From: Candidatus Rokuibacteriota bacterium | Lineage (GTDB): Bacteria; Methylomirabilota; Methylomirabilia; Rokubacteriales; CSP1-6 | Length of the DNA stretch: 64,000 nucleotides | Assembly: GCA_003221635.1 (NCBI GenBank) | Contig: QHSR01000260.1 | Location: 13,809 to 77,808, forward strand | Direction: 5' to 3' | Shown here: positions 28,356 to 38,597 of the stretch, piece by piece | Numbering within the stretch: the first letter of the stretch is position 1 | How the letters are laid out: every line of letters begins with the position of its first letter | Program-made: the position numbers and the translations under genes | Notes under the pieces: generated by a model | The model's input: the letters and a program-made list of their open reading frames with translations, nothing else | What the model was told of the DNA's origin: nothing | The model's database searches: none

Positions 28356-29347
28356 GCCCGATCGTCGAGCACTCGAGCCCGGTGCCTTCCGCGGCGGTGC
28401 TGGGACCGTTCGGCGGCGGTGGCCGCGCCCTCATGCTCGGGCACGTCCACCCGGACGCCGACGTCCTGGGGACGCTGCTCGCCCTGGGCCTGGCGCTCGA
28501 AGGACGCGGCTGGAACGTGACGTATGGCGGTCCGCATCCCGCGCCCGCGCTCCTCGCGTTCCTGCCCGGCGTCGAGCGCTATCGCACGCTCACGATGCTG
28601 GACGGCCCGGTCGACATCGTGGTACTCACGGACTGCCCGAACCCGCAACGGACCGAGGGGCTGATCGAGCAGGCGCGCCGCGCCGGGAAGCTCATCGTCA
28701 ACATCGACCACCATCCGGACAACCGGCGGTACGGTGACGTGAACTGGGTCGACACATCGGCCGCCGCCACGGGCGAGATGGTCTACGAGCTGCTCACCGC
28801 GCTCGGCGCGCCGCTCACCCCTGCGATCGCGACGAACCTCTTCACGGCGATCCATACCGACACCGGCTCGTTCCGCTATTCGAACGTCACACCCCGGACG
28901 TTCTCGATCGCCGCGGCCCTCGTGGCGGCCGGCGCCCGCCCGGAGCTCGTCTCCGAATCGCTCTACGAGCGGCGTGCGCCCGACGCGCTCCGCTGGCTCG
29001 GCGAGGCCCTTACGCGGGTCGAGATCAGCCAGGACGGGCGACTCGGCTGGCTCGCGCTGCCGGCCGGGCTGGTCCCGGAGCGGGTCGTCGAGTCTGAGGA
29101 GCTCGTGAACTACCCCCGCTCGGTAGCCTCGGTGCGCGTCGCCTGTCTCCTCCGCGAGCGGGACGGTGAGGTGAAGGTGAGCCTCCGGGGCAAAGGAGAC
29201 GTCGACGTCCAGAAGATCGCAGCTCAGTTCGGGGGTGGAGGGCACGTGAACGCGGCGGGCTGCACCGTGGCGGGGCCGCTAGGGGAGGCGACGCGCGTGG
29301 TGCTGGCGGCGGTCCGCCATGCGGTCGACGGAAGCCGAGCGCCGTGA
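28352..29347 (+). CDS. nrnA: DHH-family phosphoesterase (NrnA-type oligoribonuclease/pAp phosphatase)
   Basis: GTG 28352 overlaps the rbfA stop. HVHPDADVLGT, IDHHPDN and GGGGHVNAAG (DHHA1) motifs. Confidence 0.82.
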   Translation: MSPIVEHSSPVPSAAVLGPFGGGGRALMLGHVHPDADVLGTLLALGLALEGRGWNVTYGGPHPAPALLAFLPGVERYRTLTMLDGPVDIVVLTDCPNPQRTEGLIEQARRAGKLIVNIDHHPDNRRYGDVNWVDTSAAATGEMVYELLTALGAPLTPAIATNLFTAIHTDTGSFRYSNVTPRTFSIAAALVAAGARPELVSESLYERRAPDALRWLGEALTRVEISQDGRLGWLALPAGLVPERVVESEELVNYPRSVASVRVACLLRERDGEVKVSLRGKGDVDVQKIAAQFGGGGHVNAAGCTVAGPLGEATRVVLAAVRHAVDGSRAP

Positions 29348-30273
29348 GCCACGACTCCGTGCGGTCCGGTGTCCTGGTCGTGGACAAGGGACGCGGCACG
29401 ACCTCATTCGACGTCGTCGCGATCGTTCGTCGCCGGCTGGGCGTCCGCCGCATCGGGCACGCGGGCACTCTCGACCCCGACGCGACCGGCGTGCTGCCGA
29501 TCCTCGTGGGCGAGGCGACCAAGCTCACGCCCTATCTCGTCGACCAGGACAAGGAGTACCTCGCCACGGTCCGCTTTGGGCTGACGACGGACACGCACGA
29601 CGTGAGTGGCCGCGTGCTGTCGGAGACTCCGGTCGGAGATCTTGCGCGGGCGCCTCTCGAAGAGGCCTGTCGCACCTTCGTGGGCCGGATCAAGCAGATA
29701 CCCCCGATGTACTCGGCGATTCATCACGAGGGGCGACGGCTCTACGAGCTGGCCCGCGCCGGTATCGAGGTGGAGCGGGCGCCCCGCGAGGTGATCGTCC
29801 GTTCGATCCGGGTCGAGACGCTCGTCGGATCGCGCGCGACCCTGCAAATCGTCTGCGGCAAGGGAACGTACGTTCGGGCTCTCGCCGCCGACATCGGTGC
29901 TGCGCTTGGGTGCGGCGGGGCCGTCGAGAGCCTCATCCGGTGTCGGGTCGGCCCCTTCGATCTCGAGGAGGCCGTGTCCTGGAGCGAGCTGACCACAGGG
30001 CGATCCGAGCTCTGGTCCAGGGTGCGCCCGGCCGAAGCGGCACTGGCCGGATGGCTCAGCGTTCGGTTGGACGGGCAGAGCGTGGCGATCTTCACCAACG
30101 GTCAGCCGGCCGACGTGGTCCCGGCCGTGACCGCCGGACGTGGCTTCGTGAGAGTCCACGCCGCGGCCGGACCTTTGATCGGTGTTGGAGAATTGACGAC
30201 GGGCGGGAGCAAGGTCAGGCCCGTTCGCATCCTGCATGCGGACTGTCCGGGGACTCGAGTCCTTCCGGCCTGA
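29344..30273 (+). CDS. truB: tRNA pseudouridine(55) synthase
   Basis: 309 aa. GVLVVDKGRGTTSFDVV and GHAGTLDPDATGVLPI. Confidence 0.93.
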   Translation: MSHDSVRSGVLVVDKGRGTTSFDVVAIVRRRLGVRRIGHAGTLDPDATGVLPILVGEATKLTPYLVDQDKEYLATVRFGLTTDTHDVSGRVLSETPVGDLARAPLEEACRTFVGRIKQIPPMYSAIHHEGRRLYELARAGIEVERAPREVIVRSIRVETLVGSRATLQIVCGKGTYVRALAADIGAALGCGGAVESLIRCRVGPFDLEEAVSWSELTTGRSELWSRVRPAEAALAGWLSVRLDGQSVAIFTNGQPADVVPAVTAGRGFVRVHAAAGPLIGVGELTTGGSKVRPVRILHADCPGTRVLPA

Positions 30274-31153
30274 GGGGGTCGCCAGCGCTGTCGCGCTCGG
30301 CGCCTTCGACGGCATCCACCTCGGCCATCGCGCCATCCTCGGGACGGCGGTCGCACAGGCGCGTCAGGAGAAGCTGCAGGCGGTGGCGTGCACGTTCGAC
30401 CGGCATCCCATGGAGGTGCTCCAGCCCGATCGCGCCCCCATGCCAATCACGACCCTGCAGGAGAGGCTCGAGTTGATCGGCGAGACCGGGATCGATACGA
30501 CCGTCGTCATTCCCTTCACCCAGGCTGTCGCGGCCGTCGAGGCCAACGCCTTCGTTCAGGACGTCCTCGTTCAAACACTGAAGGCGCGGGAGATCGTCGT
30601 CGGGTTCAACCATCGCTTCGGCCGGGGCGCTCGCGGCGACACCCGCCTGCTGGAGAGCCTGGCCGATCCGCTCGGATTTCGCGCTCACATCGTGCCGGCA
30701 TTGATGGTGGATGGGGTCGCGGTGTCGTCGTCGGAGATCCGCGGAGCGCTTCAGCGGGGCGATCTCCCCGGTGCGGCGAGACTCTTGGGCCGTCACTATT
30801 CCATCCGCGGCGCGGTCGTCCGGGGCGCCGGCCGAGGCCGGACCCTGGGCTTTCCGACGGCCAACGTGAACACGGATCGCCCCCTGGGACTCCCGGTGGG
30901 CGTCTACGTCTGCCAAATCACGATCGGGACGAGCCAGCATCGAGCCGTGGTCAACGTGGGCGTGCGGCCGACTTTTGGAGAAAACGAGCTGGCCGTCGAG
31001 GCTCATGTCATCGATTTCTCGGGAGATCTCTACAACGAAGGAGTCAAGCTGACCTTCCTTCGCCGTCTGCGCGAGGAGAGAAAGTTCCCAAGCATCGATG
31101 CGCTGCGCCAACAGATCGCCCTCGACGTGGCCGCGGCGCGTCAAGGTCCGTGA
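30236..31153 (+). CDS. ribF: bifunctional riboflavin kinase / FMN adenylyltransferase
   Basis: 305 aa. [22 protein letters not shown] and [21 protein letters not shown]. Confidence 0.92.
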   Translation: MRTVRGLESFRPEGVASAVALGAFDGIHLGHRAILGTAVAQARQEKLQAVACTFDRHPMEVLQPDRAPMPITTLQERLELIGETGIDTTVVIPFTQAVAAVEANAFVQDVLVQTLKAREIVVGFNHRFGRGARGDTRLLESLADPLGFRAHIVPALMVDGVAVSSSEIRGALQRGDLPGAARLLGRHYSIRGAVVRGAGRGRTLGFPTANVNTDRPLGLPVGVYVCQITIGTSQHRAVVNVGVRPTFGENELAVEAHVIDFSGDLYNEGVKLTFLRRLREERKFPSIDALRQQIALDVAAARQGP

Positions 31154-31298
31154 CCGGTGGCCGGCGCCGACTAACTTTACTTCGGCCCGACCGCGTGGTA
31201 CCCTCCAGGCGTATCTGTTGACAAAAAAAGAGCTTTTGGGAACCCACCCTGGCGTGGGAGCACAGCCTCCCTGGGGTGCGGCGATTGGAGGGTCCTCG

Positions 31299-31568
31299 AT
31301 GCCGCTTGCTGTCGACCGGAAGAAAAGTCTGATCGACCAGTTCCGCACCCACGAAGGCGACACCGGCTCGCCCGAGGTGCAGATCGCGCTACTGACCGAG
31401 CGCATCAATGGCCTGACTGATCATTTCAAGCAGCACACCAAGGACCACCATTCACGCCGGGGGCTGCTGATGCTCATCGGCAAGCGTCGAGGCCTTCTGG
31501 AATACCTCCGGTCCCGGGCGCCGGAACGGTATCGCGTCATCATCGACAAGCTCGGCATCCGCCGTTGA
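31299..31568 (+). CDS. rpsO: 30S ribosomal protein S15
   Basis: ATG 31299 after GGAGGG. 89 aa. [38 protein letters not shown]. Confidence 0.95.
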   Translation: MPLAVDRKKSLIDQFRTHEGDTGSPEVQIALLTERINGLTDHFKQHTKDHHSRRGLLMLIGKRRGLLEYLRSRAPERYRVIIDKLGIRR

Positions 31569-31698
31569 CGGCGGAGTCACTCTCAACTGATCGGTCCTCG
31601 GACGGAACGGCTCCGGGGGCCCCTGGGCGGGCAGGTTCAGCGTCCGCTCCACACGGCGTTCGCCGGGTTCCGGCCGATACGCGAGGACAATTTTCCGT

Positions 31699-33840
31699 AT
31701 GACCCACACTGTAGAGATCGAGATCAACGGTCTGCGCATGGCCATCGAAACGGGCAAGGTGGCCAAGCAGGCCGACGGGGCCGTTGTCGTGCGCTATGGC
31801 GGCTCGATGGTCCTGGCGACCTGCGTGGCCGCCAAGGGCGCGAAGGAAGCACAGGACTTCTTCCCGCTGACCGTCGAGTATCGGGAGCGCGCCTACGCCG
31901 GCGGGCGGATCCCCGGCGGCTATTTCAAGAGGGAGGGCGCCCCGGTCAAGAAGGAAACGCTGACGTCGCGCCTCATCGACAGGCCGATTCGGCCCCTCTT
32001 CCCCGATGGATTCAGGAATGAGGTGCAGGTGATCTGCCTGGCGATCTCGGGCGACCAGGAGAACGACCCGGACATCCTGGCGATGAACGGCGCCTCGGCC
32101 GCCCTGTGCCTGTCGGGCATTCCGTTCGACGGGCCCATCGGCGCCGTACGCGTCGGTCTGGTCGACGGCAAGATGATCGCCAACCCGACCACCGCACAGC
32201 AGAAGGCCTCCAGTCTCGAGCTCGTCATCGCCGCCACCGAGGATGCGGTGTTGATGGTGGAGTCGGGCGCGAACGAGATTCCCGAAGAGACGATGCTCGA
32301 GGCGATCGCGTTCGGGCATGCCGAGTGCAAAAGACTCGCGCGGGCGCAACGGGAGCTCGCGCAGCGTGCGGCCAAGCCCCGCTGGACCTTCGACGCATCG
32401 GCCGGGCGCGACGCAGAGCTGCAGACCCGCGTCAAGAGTCTGGCCGCGTCCAAGCTGGCCGCCGCGCTGGCGACCCACGACAAGCAGGGCCGCGCGGACG
32501 CCGTCAACCGCGTGTTCGACGAGGTGATGCAGAGCCTCGGCGGGGACGAGACCAAGCGGCCCGCGGTCCGCGAGGCGTTCGAGACCGTCGAGAAGGCGGA
32601 GGTGCGGCGGCTCATCGTCGAGCGAGGTCTCCGCGTCGACGGTCGTAAGGTCAACGAGGTCCGGCCGATCTCGATCGACCTGGCCTACCTGCCGCGGGCC
32701 CACGGCTCGAGCGTCTTCACGCGCGGCGAGACGCAGGCGCTGGTGGCGGCCACGCTCGGCACGAAGTCAGACGAGCAGAAGATCGAGGCTCTCGAAGGCG
32801 AGCACTACCGGCACTTCCTGTTCCACTACAACTTCCCGTCGTTCTCGGTCGGCGAGGTTCGCCGGTTCGGCTCGCCCTCACGACGGGACATCGGTCACGG
32901 CGCTCTCGCCGAGCGGGCGGTGGAGGCGGTGCTGCCCCCGAAGGAAGAGTTCCCGTACACGATCCGGATCGTCTCCGACATTCTCGAGTCGAACGGGTCG
33001 TCGTCGATGGCGTCGGTGTGCGGCGCCTCTTTGGCCCTGATGGACGCCGGCGTGCCCCTGAAGACGCACGTCGCCGGGGTCGCCATGGGACTCGTCAAGG
33101 AGGGCGACAAGGTCGGGATCCTGACCGACATCAACGGGGCCGAGGACCACTACGGTGACATGGACTTCAAGGTCGCGGGCACCGAGAAGGGCGTGACCGC
33201 GCTCCAGATGGACATCAAGATCGGCGGCGTGTCGATCGACATCATGCGCTCCGCGCTGCAGCAGGCGCGCGAGGCGCGGCTCATCGTGCTCGCGAAGATG
33301 CGTGAGGCCATCGAGAAGCCGCGGCCGGAGCTCTCGCCGTACGCCCCGAGATTCGTCACGATCAAGATCCGGCCCGAGAAGATTCGCGAGATCATCGGCC
33401 CCGGCGGCAAGATCATCCGCGGCATCCAGGAGCAGACGGGCACGAAGATCGACGTCGAGGACGACGGCCGGGTCACCGTGTTCTCGCCTGACAACGCGTC
33501 GGTCCAGAAGGCCCTGGGGATCATCCAAGACATCTGCCGAGAGGTCGAGCTGGACCGGATCTACCTCGGTAAGGTCAAGAAGATCGTCGAGTTCGGCGCG
33601 TTCGTGGAAGTCATCCCCAACACCGAGGGGCTCCTGCACATCTCCCAGATCGCCGAGAGCCGCATCCGCACGGTCCAGGACGTCTTGACCGAGGGCGACG
33701 AGGTGCTCGTCAAAGTCATCGAGATCGACGGCAACGGCAAGATGCGGCTCAGCCGGAAAATGGCGCTGCGTGAGCAGCCGGCGCTGGCCGACAAGGAAAA
33801 GCTGAAGAACCCCATGGCGGCGACCCCGCCGCGGGCCTGA
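31699..33840 (+). CDS. pnp: polyribonucleotide nucleotidyltransferase (PNPase)
   Basis: 713 aa. Two RNase PH domains, KH, and S1 ([15 protein letters not shown]). Confidence 0.96.
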   Translation: MTHTVEIEINGLRMAIETGKVAKQADGAVVVRYGGSMVLATCVAAKGAKEAQDFFPLTVEYRERAYAGGRIPGGYFKREGAPVKKETLTSRLIDRPIRPLFPDGFRNEVQVICLAISGDQENDPDILAMNGASAALCLSGIPFDGPIGAVRVGLVDGKMIANPTTAQQKASSLELVIAATEDAVLMVESGANEIPEETMLEAIAFGHAECKRLARAQRELAQRAAKPRWTFDASAGRDAELQTRVKSLAASKLAAALATHDKQGRADAVNRVFDEVMQSLGGDETKRPAVREAFETVEKAEVRRLIVERGLRVDGRKVNEVRPISIDLAYLPRAHGSSVFTRGETQALVAATLGTKSDEQKIEALEGEHYRHFLFHYNFPSFSVGEVRRFGSPSRRDIGHGALAERAVEAVLPPKEEFPYTIRIVSDILESNGSSSMASVCGASLALMDAGVPLKTHVAGVAMGLVKEGDKVGILTDINGAEDHYGDMDFKVAGTEKGVTALQMDIKIGGVSIDIMRSALQQAREARLIVLAKMREAIEKPRPELSPYAPRFVTIKIRPEKIREIIGPGGKIIRGIQEQTGTKIDVEDDGRVTVFSPDNASVQKALGIIQDICREVELDRIYLGKVKKIVEFGAFVEVIPNTEGLLHISQIAESRIRTVQDVLTEGDEVLVKVIEIDGNGKMRLSRKMALREQPALADKEKLKNPMAATPPRA

Positions 33841-33851
33841 AGGGTGGACGC

Positions 33852-35117
33852 ATGAAGGAAGGCTACCGGAAGGGCTCCCTGCCGAACGGCACGCGAGTCG
33901 TCACGGAGCGTATGGAGCACGTGCGCTCGGTGGCGGTCGGGGTGTGGGTCGAGACGGGCTCGCGCCACGAGCCCGAGAATCGCGGCGGGATGTCCCATCT
34001 GATCGAGCATCTCGTGTTCAAGGGGACGGCCACCCGCAGCGCCGAAGCGATCGCCCGCACGATGGACTCGGTCGGCGGCCAGATGGACGCCTTTACGACC
34101 AAGGAGCACACCTGCTTCTACGTCCAGGTCCTCGACGAGCACCTGCCGCTCGCGGTCGATCTGCTGACGGATATTCTGCTCCACCCGCTCTTCAACGCCG
34201 ACGAGCTCGAGCGTGAGAAGTCGGTGGTCCTCCAAGAGATCAAGATGGTAGAGGATACGCCCGACGACATCATCCACGATCTCTTCGCCGCGCAGGTTTG
34301 GGAGGGGCACCCGCTCGGCCGCCCGATCCTGGGCACCCGCGAGGCGGTGACCGGCTATGACCGCCAGACGGCGCTCGGCCATTTCACCGAGGAGTACGTC
34401 CCACCGCGAATCATCATCGCGGTGGCGGGCAACGTCACCCATGACCGTGTCATCGAGCTGTTCAGCGCGGGCTTCCAGGGCTTCGCCCAGTCGGCGGCCG
34501 GACGCACGGCAACCCCGCCGGTCCTCAAGCCCGGGGTGAACATCGTCAGCAAGACGCTCGAGCAGGTCCATCTGATCATGGGTTTCCCCGGCCTCCATCA
34601 CTCGGCGCCGGAGCGCTATGCGCTCTTCCTGCTCAACGACGTGATCGGCGGCAGCATGTCCTCGCGGCTCTTCCAGGAAGTGCGGGAGCGCGAGGGCCTG
34701 GTGTACGCGATCCATTCGGGCGTACAGGCGTACACCGACATCGGCACCCTGTACGTCTACGCGGCGACCGACGAGAAGAATTTCTCCAAGGTGCTGAAGT
34801 CGACCCTGAAGGTGATCCGCGAGTTGAAGAAGACGGGCGTGACCGAGGAGGAGTTGCGCCGCGCCAAGGACCACCTCAAGGGGAGCCTGATGCTCTCGCT
34901 CGAGTCCACCTCGAGCCGGATGAACCGCCTCGCCAAGCACGAGATGCACCACGGGGCGTTCCTCTCCATGGACGCGATGCTGGCGGCCATCGATGCGGTG
35001 CGTCACGAGGAAGTGCAGGCCCTCGTCACCGACCTCCTCGACGAGGATCGGCTCGCGCTGACCACGCTGGGCCCGCTGGACCGGCGCAACCTCCCCCGCG
35101 AACTGCTGCATCACTAG
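33852..35117 (+). CDS. M16 family zinc metallopeptidase
   Basis: 421 aa. Inverted zinc motif GMSHLIEHLVFKGT (HxxEH). Confidence 0.88.
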   Translation: MKEGYRKGSLPNGTRVVTERMEHVRSVAVGVWVETGSRHEPENRGGMSHLIEHLVFKGTATRSAEAIARTMDSVGGQMDAFTTKEHTCFYVQVLDEHLPLAVDLLTDILLHPLFNADELEREKSVVLQEIKMVEDTPDDIIHDLFAAQVWEGHPLGRPILGTREAVTGYDRQTALGHFTEEYVPPRIIIAVAGNVTHDRVIELFSAGFQGFAQSAAGRTATPPVLKPGVNIVSKTLEQVHLIMGFPGLHHSAPERYALFLLNDVIGGSMSSRLFQEVREREGLVYAIHSGVQAYTDIGTLYVYAATDEKNFSKVLKSTLKVIRELKKTGVTEEELRRAKDHLKGSLMLSLESTSSRMNRLAKHEMHHGAFLSMDAMLAAIDAVRHEEVQALVTDLLDEDRLALTTLGPLDRRNLPRELLHH

Positions 35118-35235
35118 CTCTCCGGCCCGTCTGTGCCGGTCATCATCGTCGGCGCATTGATCGTGACGCTGGGCGGCGGTGACGCCGGCTCCCTCCGCCT
35201 GCTGCGAGCCCATGCTACGCTCTCGGGACCGCTGA

Positions 35236-35490
35236 TCACGGACAGGGAAGGAGCCTGGACATGGCGACCTTGTTGGGGCCGAAAAGCGAGGTCCCGTCGG
35301 TCAACGGGATGTGGATATCCGGGCCGCTCGGGCCAACGGGATTCGATCGGTCGGGGTGTTATGGGGCTACGGGTCAAGGCGCGACCTGGTGGATGCCGAT
35401 GTGGACGAATAGTGCACGATGCCCATCGATCTCGGGCGTTGCCTCTCGAACATCGCGGTCCTCCAGGGCGTGCCTCCCCTTCCGAGCTAG
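35236..35490 (+). pseudogene. relic of a HAD-superfamily phosphatase C-terminus (phosphoglycolate phosphatase-like)
   Basis: Frame 1 gives ..RTGKEPGHGDLVGAEKRGPVGQRDVDIRAARANGIRSVGVLWGYGSRRDLVDADVDE*CTMPIDLGRCL... It has the HAD motif IV context but GQ replaces the catalytic GD, there is an in-frame TAG at 35410, and no N-terminal DxD half. Confidence 0.4.
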
Positions 35491-35566
35491 CCGTCGAGCC
35501 TCTACATGTAGTGGCCAGCGCAATCTCCCACTTCCATCGTTAGCGGTTTTGCTCTATGGTGGGGGC

Positions 35567-36865
35567 GTGATCGACCGTTACACCCGCCCGGAGATGGGTC
35601 GCATCTGGAGTGAGGAGTCCAAGTACCTGGCATGGCTCCGGGTGGAGCTGGCAGTGTGCGAGGCCTACGCCAGACGCGGGCGCATTCCCGGCGAGGCCAT
35701 GGCTCGTATCCGCCAGAAGGCGCGCGTCGATGTCAGCCGGATCCTCGCCATTCAGGAGCGCGTCAAGCACGAGATGATCGCGCTCCTCACGAGCCTCGAG
35801 GAGCAGCTCGGCGAGGACTCGCGGTTCGTCCACATCGGCCTCACCACGAGCGACGTCTGGGACACAGCCACCGCGCTCCAGCTCAGGGACGCTGCAGACC
35901 TGTTGATCGCCGGCCAGGAACGCCTGGAGAGGGCGCTCGGCGCTCTGGCGCTGCGCCACAAGGACACCCTCACCATCGGGCGGACACACGGGGTCCACGC
36001 GGAGCCCACCAGCTTTGGACTCAAAGTGGCGGTCTGGTACACCGAAGCGGGCCGAAACCTCGAACGGCTCCGTCGAGCCCGCGCCACCATCGCAGTCGGC
36101 AAGCTCTCCGGCGCGGTCGGCAACTTCGCCCACGTCGAGCCCGACCTCGAGGCCGAGGTGTGCCGCGAGCTCGCGCTGGACGCGGCACCCGTCTCCACCC
36201 AGATCGTGCAGCGCGACCGCCACGCCGAGTTCTGCGCGATGCTCGCGGTAGCCGCCGCCTCGCTCGAGAAAATCGCCCTCGAGGTGCGCGGGCTCCAGCG
36301 CACGGAGGTCCTCGAGGCGCAGGAGCCCTTCGGGGAGGGCCAGAAGGGCTCGAGCGCCATGCCGCACAAACGCAACCCGGAGCTGGCCGAGCGTATCTGC
36401 GGGCTCGCGCGCCTCGTCCGGACCAACGCGCTCGCGGCGCTGGAGAATGTCGCCCTGTGGCACGAGCGCGACATCAGTCACTCCTCGGTCGAGCGCGTCA
36501 TCCTCCCCGACTCGACGATCATGCTCGACTACCTCTTGCACCTCACGACCTTCATCGTGGCAGGGCTCGACGTCGATTCGGCACGGATGACCGAGAACCT
36601 CGAGCTGAGCCACGGCCTCGTCTACTCACAGCGCGTGCTGTTGAAGCTCACCGACGCCGGGCTCGCGCGCCAGGTCGCGTACGAGATCGTGCAGCGAAAT
36701 GCCATGCGCGCCTGGAAGGAACGTCGGCCGTTCTTCGAGCTCCTCACCGCCGATCCCGACGTGGCGGCGCAGCTCTCGGCGGACGAGCTCAAGAGCTGCT
36801 TCGACCCGGCCTTCTACCTGAAGAACGTCGACGCCATCTTCAAACGCCTGGGGCTCACCCAATGA
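35567..36865 (+). CDS. purB: adenylosuccinate lyase
   Basis: GTG 35567 (VIDRYTRPEMGRIWSEE). GSSAMPHKRNPE signature. Confidence 0.93.
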   Translation: MIDRYTRPEMGRIWSEESKYLAWLRVELAVCEAYARRGRIPGEAMARIRQKARVDVSRILAIQERVKHEMIALLTSLEEQLGEDSRFVHIGLTTSDVWDTATALQLRDAADLLIAGQERLERALGALALRHKDTLTIGRTHGVHAEPTSFGLKVAVWYTEAGRNLERLRRARATIAVGKLSGAVGNFAHVEPDLEAEVCRELALDAAPVSTQIVQRDRHAEFCAMLAVAAASLEKIALEVRGLQRTEVLEAQEPFGEGQKGSSAMPHKRNPELAERICGLARLVRTNALAALENVALWHERDISHSSVERVILPDSTIMLDYLLHLTTFIVAGLDVDSARMTENLELSHGLVYSQRVLLKLTDAGLARQVAYEIVQRNAMRAWKERRPFFELLTADPDVAAQLSADELKSCFDPAFYLKNVDAIFKRLGLTQ

Positions 36866-37599
36866 GCGGGAGAGTGCCGATGACCGTCGAGACGCGCGCG
36901 AAGCTCTACGAAGGCAAGGCGAAGATCGTGTACGAGACGAACCAGCCGGGCAAGATCATCCAGTACTTCAAGGACGACGCCACCGCCTTCAACGCGCTGA
37001 AGAAGGGGACGATTCTCGGCAAGGGCGTCATCAACAACCGGATGTCGGCGGCGCTGTTCGAGGTGCTCGAGCGTGCGGGGGTGCCGACGCATTATCTCGG
37101 CACCCTGTCGGAGCGCGAGATGTTCTGTCGCCGGCTCGACATCATCAAGATCGAGACGATCGCGCGCAACATCGTCGCCGGGAGCCTGGCGAAGCGGACC
37201 GGCCTCGAGGAAGGCACGCTCATCAAGCAGCCGATCGTCGAGCTCTACTACAAGTCCGACCCGCTCGGCGACCCGATGCTCAACGAGGACCATGTCCGCA
37301 TGCTGCGGCTCGCGACTCCGGCGGAGCTGGCCTGGATGAAGCGCATGGCGCTCCGGATCAACTCGATCCTGCGGCCGCATCTGGCACGGCGGGGACTCTT
37401 GCTGGTGGACTTCAAGCTCGAGTTCGGGCGGCTCGGACGGAAGCTGTACCTGGGCGACGAAATCTCGCCCGACACGTGCCGCTTCTGGGACAGCCGGAGC
37501 AAGGAACGGCTGGATAAGGATCGGTTCCGTCGTGATATGGGTGGCGTCGAGGAAGCGTATCAGGAGGTCTATCGCCGGCTCGTCCCGGCGGAGGTATGA
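36862..37599 (+). CDS. purC: phosphoribosylaminoimidazole-succinocarboxamide synthase
   Basis: ATG 36862 overlaps the purB stop. LYEGKAKIVYET, LLLVDFKLEFG and DEISPDTCRFWD. Confidence 0.92.
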   Translation: MSGRVPMTVETRAKLYEGKAKIVYETNQPGKIIQYFKDDATAFNALKKGTILGKGVINNRMSAALFEVLERAGVPTHYLGTLSEREMFCRRLDIIKIETIARNIVAGSLAKRTGLEEGTLIKQPIVELYYKSDPLGDPMLNEDHVRMLRLATPAELAWMKRMALRINSILRPHLARRGLLLVDFKLEFGRLGRKLYLGDEISPDTCRFWDSRSKERLDKDRFRRDMGGVEEAYQEVYRRLVPAEV

Positions 37600-37865
37600 A
37601 AGTCCGCGTTCTCGTGCGGCTCAAGCCGGGCATCATGGACGTGCAGGGCGAGGCGGTGAAGCGCGCCCTGGCCGGGCTGGGATTCTCGGAGGTCTCCGAT
37701 CTCCGGGTCGGCAAGGTGATCGATATCGACCTCGCCGAGGCGAGGCCTGGCGAGGCGCGCGCCCGCGTCGGTGAGATGTGTCGGCAGCTCCTCGCGAACC
37801 CGATTCTGGAAGATTACACGCTCGAGACCGTGGACGACCTTGCCCCGCGCGAGGTCGCACGCTAA
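37596..37865 (+). CDS. purS: phosphoribosylformylglycinamidine synthase subunit PurS
   Basis: 89 aa with a 4-nt overlap. VRLKPGIMDVQGEAVKRAL. Confidence 0.9.
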   Translation: MKVRVLVRLKPGIMDVQGEAVKRALAGLGFSEVSDLRVGKVIDIDLAEARPGEARARVGEMCRQLLANPILEDYTLETVDDLAPREVAR

Positions 37866-37877
37866 GATGAGTACGCC

Positions 37878-38591
37878 ATGAGATTCGGTGTGGTCGTGTT
37901 TCCAGGGACGTGGAGCGACTGCGACTTCCACTACGTGGTGTCCGAGGTGCTCCACCAACCCGTGCGGTATGTCTGGCACCGCGAGCACGAGCTGGGGCAG
38001 CTCGACTGCGTCATCTTGCCGGGCGGCTTCTCCTACGGCGACTACCTGCGCGCGGGCGCGGTGGCGGGGCGCTCGCCAGTCGTCGCGGCGCTGCGTGACT
38101 TCGTCACCCGTGGCGGGTTGGTCCTCGGCTCCTGCAACGGGTTCCAGATCCTGTGCGAGGCGGGGCTCCTGCCGGGCGTGCTCACGCGCAACGAGTGCCT
38201 CCAGTACCGCTGCCAGTCGACCCATCTCGTGGTCGAAAACATCGACACGCCCTTCACGCGGGGCCTCCGGGCGGGTCAGGTCCTGACGATGCCGATCTCC
38301 CACGGCGAGGGGAAGTACCACACCGACGCCGAGACCCTCGCCCGACTGAAGCAGCAGAACCTGGTCGTCTTCCGCTACGCGGATGCCGACGGCCGGGTCA
38401 CCAAAGCCAGCAACCCCAACGGCTCACTCGATAATATCGCGGGGATCGTCAATCCCGAGGGCACGGTACTGGGCATGATGCCGCACCCGGAGCGGGCGTC
38501 GGAGACGGCGATGGGGGGCACCGACGGGCTCCTGATGTTCCAGTCCCTCCTCGGAAGCCTCGTCGAGGATGGCAGCTTCCTCAAGCGGTAA
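37878..38591 (+). CDS. purQ: phosphoribosylformylglycinamidine synthase glutaminase subunit PurQ
   Basis: 237 aa. LPGGFSYGDYLR, GSCNGFQIL and MMPHPER triad regions. Confidence 0.93.
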   Translation: MRFGVVVFPGTWSDCDFHYVVSEVLHQPVRYVWHREHELGQLDCVILPGGFSYGDYLRAGAVAGRSPVVAALRDFVTRGGLVLGSCNGFQILCEAGLLPGVLTRNECLQYRCQSTHLVVENIDTPFTRGLRAGQVLTMPISHGEGKYHTDAETLARLKQQNLVVFRYADADGRVTKASNPNGSLDNIAGIVNPEGTVLGMMPHPERASETAMGGTDGLLMFQSLLGSLVEDGSFLKR

Positions 38592-38597
38592 CCTGGG

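Noticed and set aside
28058-29347. 429-aa ORF read as one protein
   Set aside because: It is a chimera. Seven real rbfA codons are followed by out-of-frame read-through of rbfA, then the genuine DHH phosphoesterase from GTG 28352.
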